NCBI GenBank assembly: GCA_010093705.1
Contig: MU006089.1
Coordinates: 756,011 to 820,010, forward strand
Direction of reading: 5' to 3'
DNA: 64,000 nt
DNA from: Patellaria atrata CBS 101060
Lineage: Eukaryota
The position numbers and the translations under genes are program-made. Positions 1 through 12,099 of the stretch are shown in pieces. The notes below the pieces were generated by a model. The model was not told the DNA's origin. It saw only the letters and a program-made list of their open reading frames with translations, and did no database searches. Within the stretch, counting starts at the first letter, position 1, and each line of letters opens with the position of its first letter.

Positions 1-130
1 AGAGCTGGGGCGTCATGCCTCGCTGGGTTTGGCGCGAGACCTTTTCTTTTTGTTTGCATATCCACCCTCCTCGATGGGAAAAGCGTCAGAGTCCCCACGT
101 TAGAGCCCCCGATAATAGCGCAACAGGGCC

Positions 131-203
131 AGCGCCAGCACCAAAACAGCACCAGCACCAAAACAGCACCAGCACCAAAACAGCACCAGCACCAAAACAG
201 CGC
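131..203. repeat. 17-bp minisatellite (CAGCACCAGCACCAAAA), ~4 copies
   Basis: Tandem copies directly visible; they produce spurious ORFs on both strands. Confidence 0.9.
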
Positions 204-509
204 AAGATGGCAATGCGGTGCGCACCCATCTCTCGGGGGCCTCTTGGATCACCCAACGATCCGTACAGACCCGCGCTCAACAGGCCCCTTTTCCCTTGAG
301 GATAATCTCGCCGCCGCTACTTGTACAAATCAGAAACGATCGATTTAGTTGCCACCCACCCATCGCATACAGGTGTCAATTATTGGAAATATAATAATTG
401 CCATTTACTCTGAATCGGCGCGCACCGTCATATACCTTCCATTCAATTGGTCGTAAGTTTGCTGATCTCTTTGAATCCCCATCCCGCCACAACCGGAACC
501 TTTCCCTAC

Positions 510-590
510 GCTTCAGCCCGTCCATCCTGCTTCAACCCGCCCATCCTGCATCAACCCGTCCATTCTGCTTCAACCCGTCCATGCCGCTTC
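510..590. repeat. 19-bp minisatellite (GCTTCAACCCGTCCATCCT), ~4 copies
   Basis: Four near-identical tandem units with 1-2 mismatches each. Confidence 0.9.
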
Positions 591-1753
591 TTCCAAGCCT
601 CTACTGGTCTTGTCATGACCCGATAAGCTCAAATCGACATCTCTTGTTTTGCAACCAAGGCTCTTGAGCTGGATCTTGTATGCGTCCCGATCATCTAGAA
701 TTCGCACAAAACAACAACGACCTCTCTATCGTGATTGTGGTAACATCAACACCGATCGTTCCACGACAAGTTGCATATCTACAACATTCTATGAGACATA
801 GGAGACGGTAAGGTAAGTACTCCCCGATCGGTCCTTCCGTGCTGAAATTCGGATACCACCCAACCCAATCAACCAATCCCCCTCAAGGTTCGCCAGTTTC
901 CCCACGGTCATCACCCCCCGTCCCTCACTCCGCCTTTTGCTTTGATTCAGAGCCGGATACAAGGCTACACCACCTACGTAGTTCTTAATGAGATAAAAAA
1001 AAACAAAAAAGGCCAGCCAGTCGATCTCTAACGAGTTCGGGTTTGCTTCCTACCATTCGGCAGGGAAGGTCTTCCTCTACTCACTCCGTCAGCATACTTT
1101 ACCCGGAACAGCTCACTCGAAGCACAAGATGCTGTCTGCCTCGTTGCATCTGGCTGTTGTTCATTGCGCCGGGGTTTTCCCGATGAAAGGCTGGTTAGTT
1201 CCCCACCTCAGAGCATAAAAAGTAGCTTACTATCTGTATCTATTGCGTTGATCGGGTGTATCTTACTCTTCGACTCCGAGGACAGCTTTCGAACAACACA
1301 CTCCTCGGTACTACTTGATCCTGACCGCCAGAAGCTCCCCCTTTAGCGGATGTTCGGACATGTTTCGTAGTTCCAGTCCCTTACCGCCCCGTCTTTTGCG
1401 CCGTTGACGCACAAACCACGGGCACACGACACCGAGCGCTTTCGGAGCTTTGGAACTCCCATTTCGCTACTATGCCGATATCTCGATCTCCAAGTCATGA
1501 AACGTTACCGCCATGTCCCATGCGAGTTCTCCGCTTCGAGATCGATCGACGGGAATAAAGGTAGGTAGTCACCTGGACGGAGAAGCTCCACTTCAACAAT
1601 GTGAGTGTCAGATGGTTCTGGATAGAATCTTTGTTGATATCTAATGTTGAGACATCTGTGATCCGTGCTATCGGACACAAATGGAGATTTCTTTCGCCCT
1701 TATCAAGTGTGGCGATGGAAGAAGAACGTCGGGTTTCTAACGTCACCAAGGTA

Positions 1754-1795
1754 CAGCACAGCACAGCACAGCACAGCACAGCACCGCACAGCACC
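1754..1795. repeat. (CAGCA)n pentanucleotide microsatellite
   Basis: About 8 tandem units. Confidence 0.9.
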
Positions 1796-2216
1796 AAACT
1801 CCAAGATCCAGTCCGAACAGATGGGTTCATGACCCATACCGTATATACTTTCCCCCCCAGGGCACATACAAGTACAGGTCTTCATGCAGATCCATTAGAA
1901 CTACGACATGACAGCCTTTAAGACCTCGGTCTCTCGTTCATCAATATCAAACTCCAACGTGACAGCCCAGGTGGGAAGACGCAACACGAACTCAATCTAC
2001 ATGGCCCATCCGAAAACCCTTCGACATGTACAGTAGTAGATCTTCCCAGCCTGCAACGTCAAGCGTTCAAGCTGCCGTTCGCCCACTTTACGTATGTATA
2101 CGGTATGGTATTTGTGTTAGAACTAAGTTTTCGCTAGGAGTTTACTGTAAGGTTAATTTTTTATTAATTGACCCTTAACGTAAACTCCTTTTTTACGTTT
2201 CAGTTTTGATAGGATC

Positions 2217-2320
2217 GTGAGGGAAGGTGAGGAAAGGTGAGGGAAAGGTGAGGGGAAGGTGAGGGGAAGGTGAGGGGAAGGTGAGGGAAGGTGAGGGAAG
2301 GTGATGGAAGGTAGGGTAAG
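2217..2320. repeat. (GGGGAAGGTGA)n-like 10-11 bp purine-rich tandem repeat
   Basis: About 9 degenerate units. Confidence 0.9.
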
Positions 2321-2860
2321 GTAGCTGAGACGGTAAGATGGATCCGGAGAATTTGATGTCATCGGTTTTGCTCGAATGCATCGTCGGCGAGGTGCTGCAA
2401 GATCAAGGGACTTCCTGCAGACTTCTGTCATGGACAAGCACCATACTTAGCCCACTTAGCTTGAAGCCCCCTTTTCTGGCACATTTGGAAATCCGGGGAA
2501 GACTTTATTCAGGCAAGAAGAGAGTCAAGAATCACGATCATGATCGTGCTGGCTGCGAACATTACAGATACCTCTTTGGCATTTGTGGATTCGAATGTGA
2601 ATGGGAATTTGAATTACTCTTGTGATACCTCAGTCTGCAGTCCTACGGTAGGATAGTGTTTTGAGACCGGACGGGCGGAACGGAGAAACCCCCTTTCCTT
2701 TCTCTAGTTATGATAATGTATAATTGGACAAGTAGAATACTGTGGAATTGTGGGACGAGAATGGCGAGAATACCTTAGCACTGGTGGGTCATTGCTAAGG
2801 TCTGGGAGGTTACCTACAGCTACAGTACACGTGATAGTCTACTCTTCTGTATCCTTCTGC

Positions 2861-3036
2861 AGTGTAGTGTAGTGTAGTGTAGTGTAGTGTAGTGTAGTGT
2901 AGTGTAGTGTAGTGTAGTGTAGTATAGTGTCGTGTGGTGTAGTGTAGTATAGTGTAGTGTGATGTGGTGTAGTGTAGTATAGTATAGTGTAGTGTAGTGT
3001 GGTATAGTGTCGTGTGGTGTAGTGTAGTGTGGTGTG
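2861..3036. repeat. (GTGTA)n pentanucleotide microsatellite
   Basis: Perfect array at the left end, degenerating to the right; ~175 bp. Confidence 0.95.
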
Positions 3037-3298
3037 CCATACAATAAATAGTATCTGCTCGTCGTTTCGAGTAGTGATTCTGTACCCTACGCTACCCTAC
3101 ACACTCCCGTCATGGTCTTACATACCCCAAAAAAAAAAAAAAAAGCGCTACCGTGGAGATTAAAGATGCAAAACGCCGCCTATCTCCCTCTGAAACGCGA
3201 GGAATTGCGCTTGTGCTGTAATCAACATGAAAGAAGGGTTAAGCGAAAAAAGGATGAAAAGATAGAGGTATCGAACTATAGTTGAGGGTAGCCTGCAA

Positions 3299-3350
3299 AA
3301 GAAGAAGACGAAGAAGAAGACGAAGAAGAAGACGAAGAAGAAGAAGAAGA
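3299..3350. repeat. Interrupted (AAG)n microsatellite, 3' of the kinase gene
   Basis: gaagaagacgaagaagaagacg... directly visible. Confidence 0.9.
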
Positions 3351-3419
3351 ATCAGAGAGAATAATATAGTAGCTAGAGCCACCACGCTCAAGCACCTACA
3401 AACACACATCAAACCCCTA

Positions 3420-6167
3420 TCACTTAACCGGACTCTCCCCGTCCCTAATCCCCCCCACGACCACCTCGCCCCTCCCCAACGGCTCAAAAGCCTCAACCTC
3501 CTCAACAAGCATACTCTCCTCCCCCTCCACCTCCCCCTCACCAACCCCACCGAACCCCCCAAATCCACCATCATAAGTCCCCTCCTCATCCTCATCCTCC
3601 TCCTCGATAACCTCCCCGCTCCTCCGTCCCTGCACACTCCCACTTCTACTCCCCGGCCCCCTCTCCCTCCCCCTCTCCGCCGCCACCCCCAACATCGGCC
3701 CCTTAAACGGGCTCCTCTTCCTCTTCGCAAACACCAAGCCCGGACTAGGTGGGGGAACCCCAAACGCCGCGGTCCCCTCCCCTCCACCTCCTCCACTCCC
3801 CCCAAAACCCCTCACGACACGTATATTGCTCGGGAACGACGACGAGGTCGGCGTAGCAGGGAGGACCTTGACGACAGAACTATGCGGGGACTTCTGAGAC
3901 GCCTTCGGAGTCGCGGAAGCGGAGGGCGAAGCGAGGGAGGCGGACGAGGTCGACGAGGCCTTGGAGTGCGTGTGGTGGTGATGTATGCTCCTGACGCTGG
4001 AGACGGACGAAGAGGTCGATTTCCTGCCGCGGAGGCCGGCGGAGGACCGGCGGAAGGAGCTGCGGGGGGTGATGGGGGAGGGGGAGAGGGAGGGGCGGTG
4101 TTTGGAGGTCGTAGTGCTAGTTGAGGCGTGGGTGGTCACGCGGGGACGGGGAGGGTAAGTTGTTCTGTTTGGGAGATCGGAGCGGGAGATGGGGTGGTTG
4201 GGGGGCATCGAGGTTGTGGTTGAGGTTCGTCGCGCGGAGGGGGCGGTCGGGGATTTACTTTTGCCGCTGAAGGTGCTGGTTGTGGGTTTGGGACTTGTGG
4301 CTGAGTTTGGCTTGCTCGCTGGGCTGCGGGCGCGTTTGGCGCTTTCTTTGAACCAGTGCTTGAGACTTGCGAGGTGGCCGAAGAAGATGTTTTGCTGGTA
4401 TCTGCGGCGGCGGGAGGAGGTGAAGCCGTTGGGTGAGAGGAGGTCGGGGTTGGTGGAGACGACTTGGAGCATGCTGCTGCGTGAGCGGCGGTTTTCCTTT
4501 GGTGGGAGCGGTGGTCGGGTAAGGGAGGAGTTGCGAGATTTGATGGAGTCTTTTTCGATTGGGGGTGGGGGTCTGTCAGCGTCTGGGGTTGTTTGAACTT
4601 CGGGGAGACGGGGGAGGTCGGGTGCCATTGCTGATATGATTTAGTATTATGGTGATGTAGTCAATATCAAGGGTTTGCTTACAGGCAGTACTAGCACGCT
4701 TCATAGACCTTCCACGACTCTTTGGAGGATCTCCGATGAGTGGACTCTGAAGACCTTCTTCATCTGCTTCTTTGATAGTACCCCCTAACCGATCCAGGCG
4801 ACTACTGGCTGCACTCAATCGTCTTATGCTTTTGGCCTCAGCTTCCTTTTCTTTACGTTTACGTTCCCTTCTCTTTGCTTTTCTTTCCTCTTTCTCCAGG
4901 AGTAGAGCCCACCACCCAGCCAAAGCATCACATCGTTGGGATAAGACATTCTCAATGACCTGATCGATATCCACTCCAGCACTACGCATCCGTTGTAGAA
5001 CTTCCTTCTCAAGCTCTGTAGTAAAAGGAGCTGGCTGTTGTAGCTTGAGGATAGCTTGTTGTTGAGGAGCATTATCAGCTAGCCATGGATCCATGAGAAT
5101 GTCTGAAAGAGATGGACGGGCAAAAGGTCGTCTTGATAACAGTTTGACTAGCAAATCTTTCGCTCCTTGGGGTATATGTGCTGGATACACAGGGTCCTCT
5201 TTTAGAATTCTGGTTTTCGTAACGTTCTCGTCATCATCATCGAATGGTAGCTCCCCCACGAGCAGTGCGTAAAGTATTATTCCCAAACTCCAGACATCAA
5301 CCTTTTCACCCGCGTATTTTTCTCCTTTCAACATCTCGGGAGCGCTGTAACATATCGTTCCGCACCATGTCTGCAAATAACTTGATTTGCCCTCATATTC
5401 CCTCGTAAACCCAAAATCCACTAATTTAACATTTTCATGCTTGTCGAGCAAGATATTCTCAAGTTTGAGATCTCGATGAACGCAAGCCTTGCCATGAACG
5501 AAGGATACAGCACCGACCAGCTGTGTAAAGATTTTCTGAACTTTGGCTGGCTCCAGAGCTCCATGTTGAAGAAGGTAATTGTAGAGTTCGTCACCTATTT
5601 CAATTCATATCTATATCAGCATCTTGAATGCGCTAGCGATTTGTACTAAAGGGTTATACCTGGACAATATTCAAGAACCAGCCATACTAAGCTCTCTGTG
5701 ACTATCACTTCGTATAAACGAGCGATATGAGGATGAAGGAACTGTCGATGATGGTGAATCTCGCGCGCCAGATTGGCGTCATTCTTTTTTGCCGACTTCA
5801 GAACTACCTATTGCACTAATTTAGTTACCATACTCACCCGTTTTGTGTAAGGGACTCCCACCTTCGATCCATTGGTGAGTTTATGATGCGCAAGATAAAC
5901 CTTGCCAAACGAACCCTTCCCTATTAACCGTCCAAGTGTATAATTTCCAACACTACTAAGTTCGGGATTGGCGAATTGGCTATGCGACGAAAATCAGATT
6001 ACATAGGATAGGTCAGTCGGGGGGTTGCATGCTCACTTCAGGAGTTCGGCGTAGGAATTTGCAAGCTATTAGAAGACGATCAGCATATAGGAATCGCGTA
6101 TCTGGTGGGACCGTTTTACCTTTGTCCTCTGTGCTTGCAATTCAGCCTGTGACCGTCCTGGCGGCAT
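3420..6167 (-). CDS. Ser/Thr protein kinase, CAMK/SNF1-related (Ppk16-like), with long S/R-rich C-terminal tail; 6 exons
   Basis: Spliced reading MPPGRSQAELQAQRTK|LANSYAELL|...YTLGRLIGKGSFGKVYLA...|VVLKS...|...HRDLKLENILLD...DFG...CGTICYSAPE...DVWSLG. Canonical GT-AG introns at ~6119-6066, 6036-5980, 5861-5808, 5659-5595 and ~4684-4632. Confidence 0.92.
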
Positions 6168-7086
6168 GTGTCGAAGTGCTCCCTCGTAGATGAAGCTGTT
6201 CGAAGGCGCGGCATTCAGGAGCAAGAAGATCGGGGAAGCTCTGTAGAGATGGTAATAGGCGAAGAACCAGTGTTTCTAGATTTAGTACGTCTGGAGTAGG
6301 ATTTAAAGGAATATTATTTCGCATCGGATAGAGCATATGACTTTTTAGGTAGAGGTTTCGTGTGATGATGTTCGCAAAAGTTCCAACTCGATGTGTATGT
6401 AAAATCGAAGGTTGTTTCAAGTCACTTTAAAAGGATATGATTGGCCAAAATTAAGGGATCCATGGTGCACATCAACTCGTGTCAGATCAAGAAATCCACA
6501 TGTAATCATTGCAATGCGCATGTCAATAACCTATATCTATAAATTGAAAACCTATTATATGATCTTTATTACTAACTTGATATATTCTTATAGATGCGCA
6601 TGAGGAATGTCTTTTGCCTCAAATTTGACATATTTACATTATCTTTGTGTATGGTAGGTCCCAGAAAGTACTATCTTATTGTCACATAATTCCAAGACGA
6701 CACTGAACTTGGGTTTTTGGAATTCGAACATAGCATGTACGGAATGGACCGTCATATTCGGATGAAAATGAAACGCATCTGTACTTTTGGTACACAAGGG
6801 ACAGTGCAAATTAGTTATGTTTAATCCAACTCACGCCGAGCACAGTTCTCACAGACAGAATTGTGTGAAACGGAACGCAAATTTACAAGAGATAGTTATT
6901 CACAACCCATCCAACATGCTCAAGACGAGTAAGGGTATCCAATTGCCCAGGAACGCACAACCTGCCGATCCCTCTGTTGGTTCTCGTTGGTACAACAAGA
7001 TTCTTCCACTTCATTCTCTTCCATACATCAACACGTTCGATGCCCTCCCATCTGACCTCCCATCCCAGCTTCGTCCGGTCAAAGTC

Positions 7087-7281
7087 TTATGTTGCTCTGG
7101 CGGCCTTTCGTGCTGAAAGCTTCTTGTGGACGAAGAGACCAATGAGGAGAATGGCAACGGCGCCCACGATGGCAAACACGAGGATGATACCGGGTTCTCT
7201 TTGAGCGAAGTTCTTGCGTCTGACAAGTTGATGGACGGCCTCCTCCGCTCTCAGAGAAAGTTCTTTGCTGATAGCAGGCAT
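7087..7281 (-). CDS. 64-aa single-pass membrane microprotein
   Basis: ATG in good context (CATAATG). One hydrophobic helix GIILVFAIVGAVAILLIGLFV followed by basic HKKLSARKAARAT. Preceded by two well-formed 5'-UTR introns and a CT-rich leader. Confidence 0.75.
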   Translation of the reverse strand: MPAISKELSLRAEEAVHQLVRRKNFAQREPGIILVFAIVGAVAILLIGLFVHKKLSARKAARAT

Positions 7282-9549
7282 TATGTCTTGATATGAAGCT
7301 GGGAACCGTCAGAATGATTCATTCGGAGTTCGCGAAAATTAAAATAGTATCGAGACATAGTCGCGGTGCTATATGCTTGATAGGGTCTGACATGAAGAGA
7401 TGCTCTTTCGCTCCGAGGTCTTGAGAGACTGACGAACAACGCCAAGCCAAAAATCAACCCGTCGCAACGAAGATGAGACTGGAAGGCTACGTGGAATTGA
7501 AGAAATTTAAGATTCTAGATGACAGTAAACATACCTCGAAAAAGCCTATTGCTCTACTTTCAGGTCCGACAGATTTTAACGATTGCCGATGTCCGTCAAG
7601 GTCGAGGCTATGGTCGAGACGCGAATTAGCACTTAGACGGACGTCAAAAGAGACAATGACTTGCCGGAAGCTGGAAGGAAGATGTTGAAAGCTGAAGAAA
7701 GATACGGAACTGGGATTGAAAAGGCTTTTAAAGGATGTTGATTGAACCGGAGTCGGATATGTCCCCGCGGATTTCCTACTCGAAGTGCGGCATTTTGCGA
7801 TGCCTGGCGCCGAGCGGTAATCGACCGGGTGGATCAATTGATATATATCATTGTCCAATTCCAATTCAAAGGAAATATTATGTACTTACGGAGCTTTTGA
7901 ATGCTATACACAGAGCTGGAGAGAGGTTGAGAGCTGTCGAGGACGAGACAAGGTGGGAGGAAGAGCTTCGGCGCAGGATGGGAAAGTGGAGGAAAGGGCA
8001 GCTTTAGAGCTAAGGTAGAGAGCGAGAGTAGCACAACATAACGGGAAGCGGGCATACCTAAGCTCAAAAGATGCACATTGACCGCTGTATTAGCCTTACC
8101 ATACACAGTTTAGCCCAATACTTGCTCAAGCCGGAGAAAAAGCAGCCATTATTATCCAAGAATAACAAATCTATAACTCTACAACTCTCACGGTCTTATG
8201 GACTTGCTCGGATCCAGTCCCTATTACTGTAAAGATGCTTCTGTATACGAAGAACTTATGAAACACTATCAATTTTTCTTTGAGAGCGTTAGATGTTGAT
8301 GAGAACTCAACGAGAGCTGTCAAACAGGACGTTCGGGCTGACTGGGGTAGCAAGTTAAAGTGCCGGGGTTGCTGCGTGTTAACCAGTCATGCAGGCTAGT
8401 ATGTCATCACATTATTGCTTATCACGGATACATTCCCACCACATCCCCGAAATCCTTGAGCTTCTGTTCCCCCCAACTACTCCGTTACGCTCAATTCGGC
8501 TTGTCCGGTTACGGGACTCCAGTGAATCATGAGTCAAAGGAATATCGGAACGTGATACCATCTTTGTTTCAAAGCTACCGAAGAGATTTTACTGTCGATG
8601 AGCTTTCGGGAGAGAGTTCAATATCATATTGATTGTTTTGATCTTTCACGAGACTATCCGTGACGCGATCGCTCTACCAAGCTTCGCCGAGCTCATCAGC
8701 CCGTTTTATGCCAAGTGCGGAGAGATTAGAACTATATGGCAACCTTCCATTCACTACATTTTCATCAAAATATGTTTTGCTTTCAGGACGAAAGGAAGCC
8801 ATAAAGTTCATCTTGATACACGCTCATTCTTTGTCATATAAAATGCGCAGGAGAAGTACGGAACTACAGATGCTTCTCTAGTGCCTGTCACAATAAGCAT
8901 CTAGAATTACCACTCCATACTTTCTCCATCCATCTGGGAGGAACTACACTACACTATTAGTTTCTATACCTACGATATATCACCTCCCTACACTCCTCAC
9001 TTACCTACCGAGATGACCATATGAATATTATGGCCGCTTTGTACACGTCTGCCTTGTAACTGGCATAGACGTCGGAAAACATCATATCTGCTCCTCCGCC
9101 GTCTTACACTTCACATTTCTCTTGAGGTAACGAGCGATATCACGGTAATGGTAAGGCTCAAATAGAACCAAAAATACACATAAAAAATTATCAGAAGTCG
9201 CGGTGGGCAGTGTTCAGAGCGTGCCTTCCCTTTCAGGAAACTTCTTCACAACTTCACGGCCTCGACACTGAAGCTCACCCGTTACGCGTCACCCGTCACC
9301 GGCCGAGATAAATTTTACTTGTCTCAGCTCTTTCACGTGTCAAAACTTCGAATCACGTTTTTCTTGTAGTCTTCAATATCAACATTCAAAATCAAATATT
9401 TCGTTCTTGGCGCGCACTATTTCTTGGACCTGCGCAATGACTTTGTCTACCCAACAACAGAAAATCCTCTCACTAGACAATTATCCACACCCAACTTCCT
9501 TCAACCCCAATCTCTTCGTCACGCATCCCTACGACCAGAGATAGATACC

Positions 9550-12099
9550 ATGGATAGACCGAACCGCCATGTTTCATTTGAAGAAGCCCATAATGATGAA
9601 ACTGCAAAACCATCAACGGGTGACTTCTCTCTCAAGGTTGTTTGCAGGATGCGGTCAATCTCCGTGGCCATCGCTCGAGCAAACGATCATCTTTCCAATT
9701 TGCGCGTAGTTGAAGCACTCAAAATTTATACCGACGTTCTCTATTGGAAATCTCCAGGACATCCTGCAGCTTTTCTCAACAGATCTTTGTGCTACTTGCT
9801 GCTCGACTATCCTTCTCTTGCCGTTATAGACGGGTATCGCGCTCTACTTGGCGCGAGATGGACGAAACAGCAGGGCATAAGGATGGCACAATACGAACAG
9901 ATTTATGCCATGTCTAACGCTACAAAGGAGTGGAGGAGCACTCGCACGCAAGCTTGGGCTTTTGAGCCGGGTTGTTTCATTGACAGAGGAAAGGAAGGGA
10001 AACTCCCTTGGCTCGCCGGAGACCTCTGCAGTTTAACAATCCAGCCGGATCCTAGAGAAGGCAGGAAGAAGGAACTTACTCACGTTATCAACGACGTCCT
10101 TCTAAAAGCGCATTACCGCATTGCCTTGGGCCTTTGGAAATGTGGAGGTGGCGCACTGAAGAGCGCGTTAAATGTGATTGGCAGTGCTAAAGACTTCCCA
10201 TGGTGTACAGAAGAGGATATGGAGGAATTCACCGCTCTGGAAAACATGATTCTCAATCACATCGACAAATACCTGAAAGCAGACGATAATGCGAGACGGA
10301 TCGCTCTACAGCAGGGAGAACTAAAGCAAGATGCTATCGACGTCTTTGATAACCTTGGGATCCGTGGTCTTTTACGTACTCGAGCCACAAAGATTCCACG
10401 CGAACTCTATCCTTGGGATCAACGCAGTCTGAGTAAGATTGGCCTAGCCATTGAGATCAGTACAACTAAGGCGGAGATATTGCAAGACACACTGGGCTAC
10501 CGCGCCGTAGACCTAGCTCAAGGCGACCAGGCCTGTAAACTTGCATTCCAAACCGTCCGGGCCGTACCCGCAAATATACTTGTTTTCTCCGACCGCAATT
10601 ATTTTGCAGCCGCAGCTGGAGATACCAATTCGTTCTGTGATAATTGTGGAGCTTTCCTACATCCCGAGCGTACTGGGATTGACCTAGCGAGTAGAGTAGC
10701 GAAGAAGGTATTAGATTCCGGCGGTGTTTCATCAAGGGTGCGGCGTAAAATAGAAAAGATCCGTGCAATGAAGGCACAGGCTGGAGCCTTACCCGTCCCT
10801 TCCGATGGAAAAGGGCGAAACAAGGAGTCTATCACGCCAGAGTGGGATACTACGAGCGATATTGAACCCGAGGGTTTTCAAGTGTGTCCTACTTGCACTA
10901 AGGCATGGTTTTGTGGGAAGCCATGTTACGAGCAGGCCATGGCAATGTACCACAAGCATATCTGCAAATGCGGGATGGAGGAAAGGATTGAATTCAAGAT
11001 CGGTCAATACGAATGGGATGGCGTACCCTCATCGGCAGAGCAACGGGTCCAAAGCGTCCTGATGCTCAAGGTTCTCTCTCGCTCCAAGGGATCGACTGGG
11101 GAAGAAGGTCACCCGCTCGACCAGCCTTGGATCAAGCAACTCGACGGTCAACTGAACAACGCCCGCTATCTGGACTACACTGACCATCCGCGCCCCCTCC
11201 CCGACTATGATTGTCCCCCTTTTGAAGCCATCTTCCCGGACCAATTCGACCCGACGAAGCGAAGTGCCAGGTACCGCAGTCTCGCTCACAAGACGGACCC
11301 TGTCTCTGACGCCTATATCTCCTCATCCACCAATCCTCAGACATTATCCTCAGCGTCCTCCCATGCTACTGCATCAAACCGGAATACCCCGGATATGCAG
11401 CTCTGGTCCTACGACAAGAATGTCCTCATCCCTATTCAAAGCCTCCTCGACGTAGGCGGCCCGCAAATGGCCCTCGACGCTCTCAGATTCGATGGATGGG
11501 TTCTCAACACTCTCGCCGCGAAGCTCGAAAGCGCTGCTATCGTCACCTCTCACCCGCGCTTCGGGAAGCTGTACGACGAGGAGAACGAACAATTCGGGCA
11601 ATTGGTCCTGGGACCTGACCACGATGGTCCCGATACCTGGGTCGCCACTCTAAACCCCAGGGCTCACCTGGTTCCAATCGCTAAGGAGGGCGAAGAAGTC
11701 AACGTCAAGCTTGTCGAACGTGATAATATGCTCAGATGCGTCACGGTAAGGAATATCAAGAAGGGAGAGGTGCTTAGGAGAGCAGATAGTGTCACCTTCG
11801 CCTCTGAGAAAGGAGACACCGTGCTAGGGCAGGAGTTTTTGTGGTGGGGATATGATGAGTGGGTCGATGATACCGACAGTGAAATGGATATGGGAGAGGA
11901 GTATGAGTATGAGTATGAGGAAGAGTACGGTTCTGAAGGTGAGTATGAGGGTGAGGGGGAGTATGAGCCCGATACTGAGGAAGACATTCTGAGGAGGAAT
12001 GAAATCATGGAGAGTGTTGAAAAGGAGGTTGAGATGCAGGAAGCCGGTGATGCCGGAGACGAGCTCTCGGATCCTGAGGACTATACCGCGGGGGACTAG
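9550..12099 (+). CDS. TPR + MYND zinc finger + degenerate SET-like protein (SMYD-like) with acidic C-terminal tail; intronless
   Basis: 849-aa ORF from the first ATG. TPR-like PAAFLNRSLCYLLLDYPSLAVIDGYRAL; split MYND CDNC...CPTC..WFCGKPCYEQAMAMYHKHIC; SET C-terminal-like RNIKKGEVL; D/E-rich end. Confidence 0.8.
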   Translation: MDRPNRHVSFEEAHNDETAKPSTGDFSLKVVCRMRSISVAIARANDHLSNLRVVEALKIYTDVLYWKSPGHPAAFLNRSLCYLLLDYPSLAVIDGYRALLGARWTKQQGIRMAQYEQIYAMSNATKEWRSTRTQAWAFEPGCFIDRGKEGKLPWLAGDLCSLTIQPDPREGRKKELTHVINDVLLKAHYRIALGLWKCGGGALKSALNVIGSAKDFPWCTEEDMEEFTALENMILNHIDKYLKADDNARRIALQQGELKQDAIDVFDNLGIRGLLRTRATKIPRELYPWDQRSLSKIGLAIEISTTKAEILQDTLGYRAVDLAQGDQACKLAFQTVRAVPANILVFSDRNYFAAAAGDTNSFCDNCGAFLHPERTGIDLASRVAKKVLDSGGVSSRVRRKIEKIRAMKAQAGALPVPSDGKGRNKESITPEWDTTSDIEPEGFQVCPTCTKAWFCGKPCYEQAMAMYHKHICKCGMEERIEFKIGQYEWDGVPSSAEQRVQSVLMLKVLSRSKGSTGEEGHPLDQPWIKQLDGQLNNARYLDYTDHPRPLPDYDCPPFEAIFPDQFDPTKRSARYRSLAHKTDPVSDAYISSSTNPQTLSSASSHATASNRNTPDMQLWSYDKNVLIPIQSLLDVGGPQMALDALRFDGWVLNTLAAKLESAAIVTSHPRFGKLYDEENEQFGQLVLGPDHDGPDTWVATLNPRAHLVPIAKEGEEVNVKLVERDNMLRCVTVRNIKKGEVLRRADSVTFASEKGDTVLGQEFLWWGYDEWVDDTDSEMDMGEEYEYEYEEEYGSEGEYEGEGEYEPDTEEDILRRNEIMESVEKEVEMQEAGDAGDELSDPEDYTAGD

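Noticed and set aside
131..590. Short direct repeats as a CRISPR array
   Set aside because: The units are contiguous with no spacers, the context is eukaryotic, and there are no cas genes.
780..1340. RNase P/MRP, telomerase RNA, TPP riboswitch or hammerhead ribozyme
   Set aside because: Only isolated 8-10-mers (GAAATTCGG, GGGAAGGTCT, ACTTGATC) are present; partner conserved regions, a TAACCCTAA template and a CUGAUGA core were not found.
15..3044. ORFs such as 15-299, 2153-2437 and 2810-3044 (HYTTL repeats)
   Set aside because: They are translations of mini- and microsatellites, with no coding features.
3239..4596. Long overlapping ORFs 3282-4124(+), 3239-3805(-) and 4189-4596(+)
   Set aside because: Shadows of the GC-skewed last exon of the kinase plus the (AAG)n repeat.
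9424..9549. TTG/GTG starts given by the ORF track (e.g. 9424, 33066, 50989, 56016)
   Set aside because: Prokaryote-style start calling; the first in-frame ATG was used instead.
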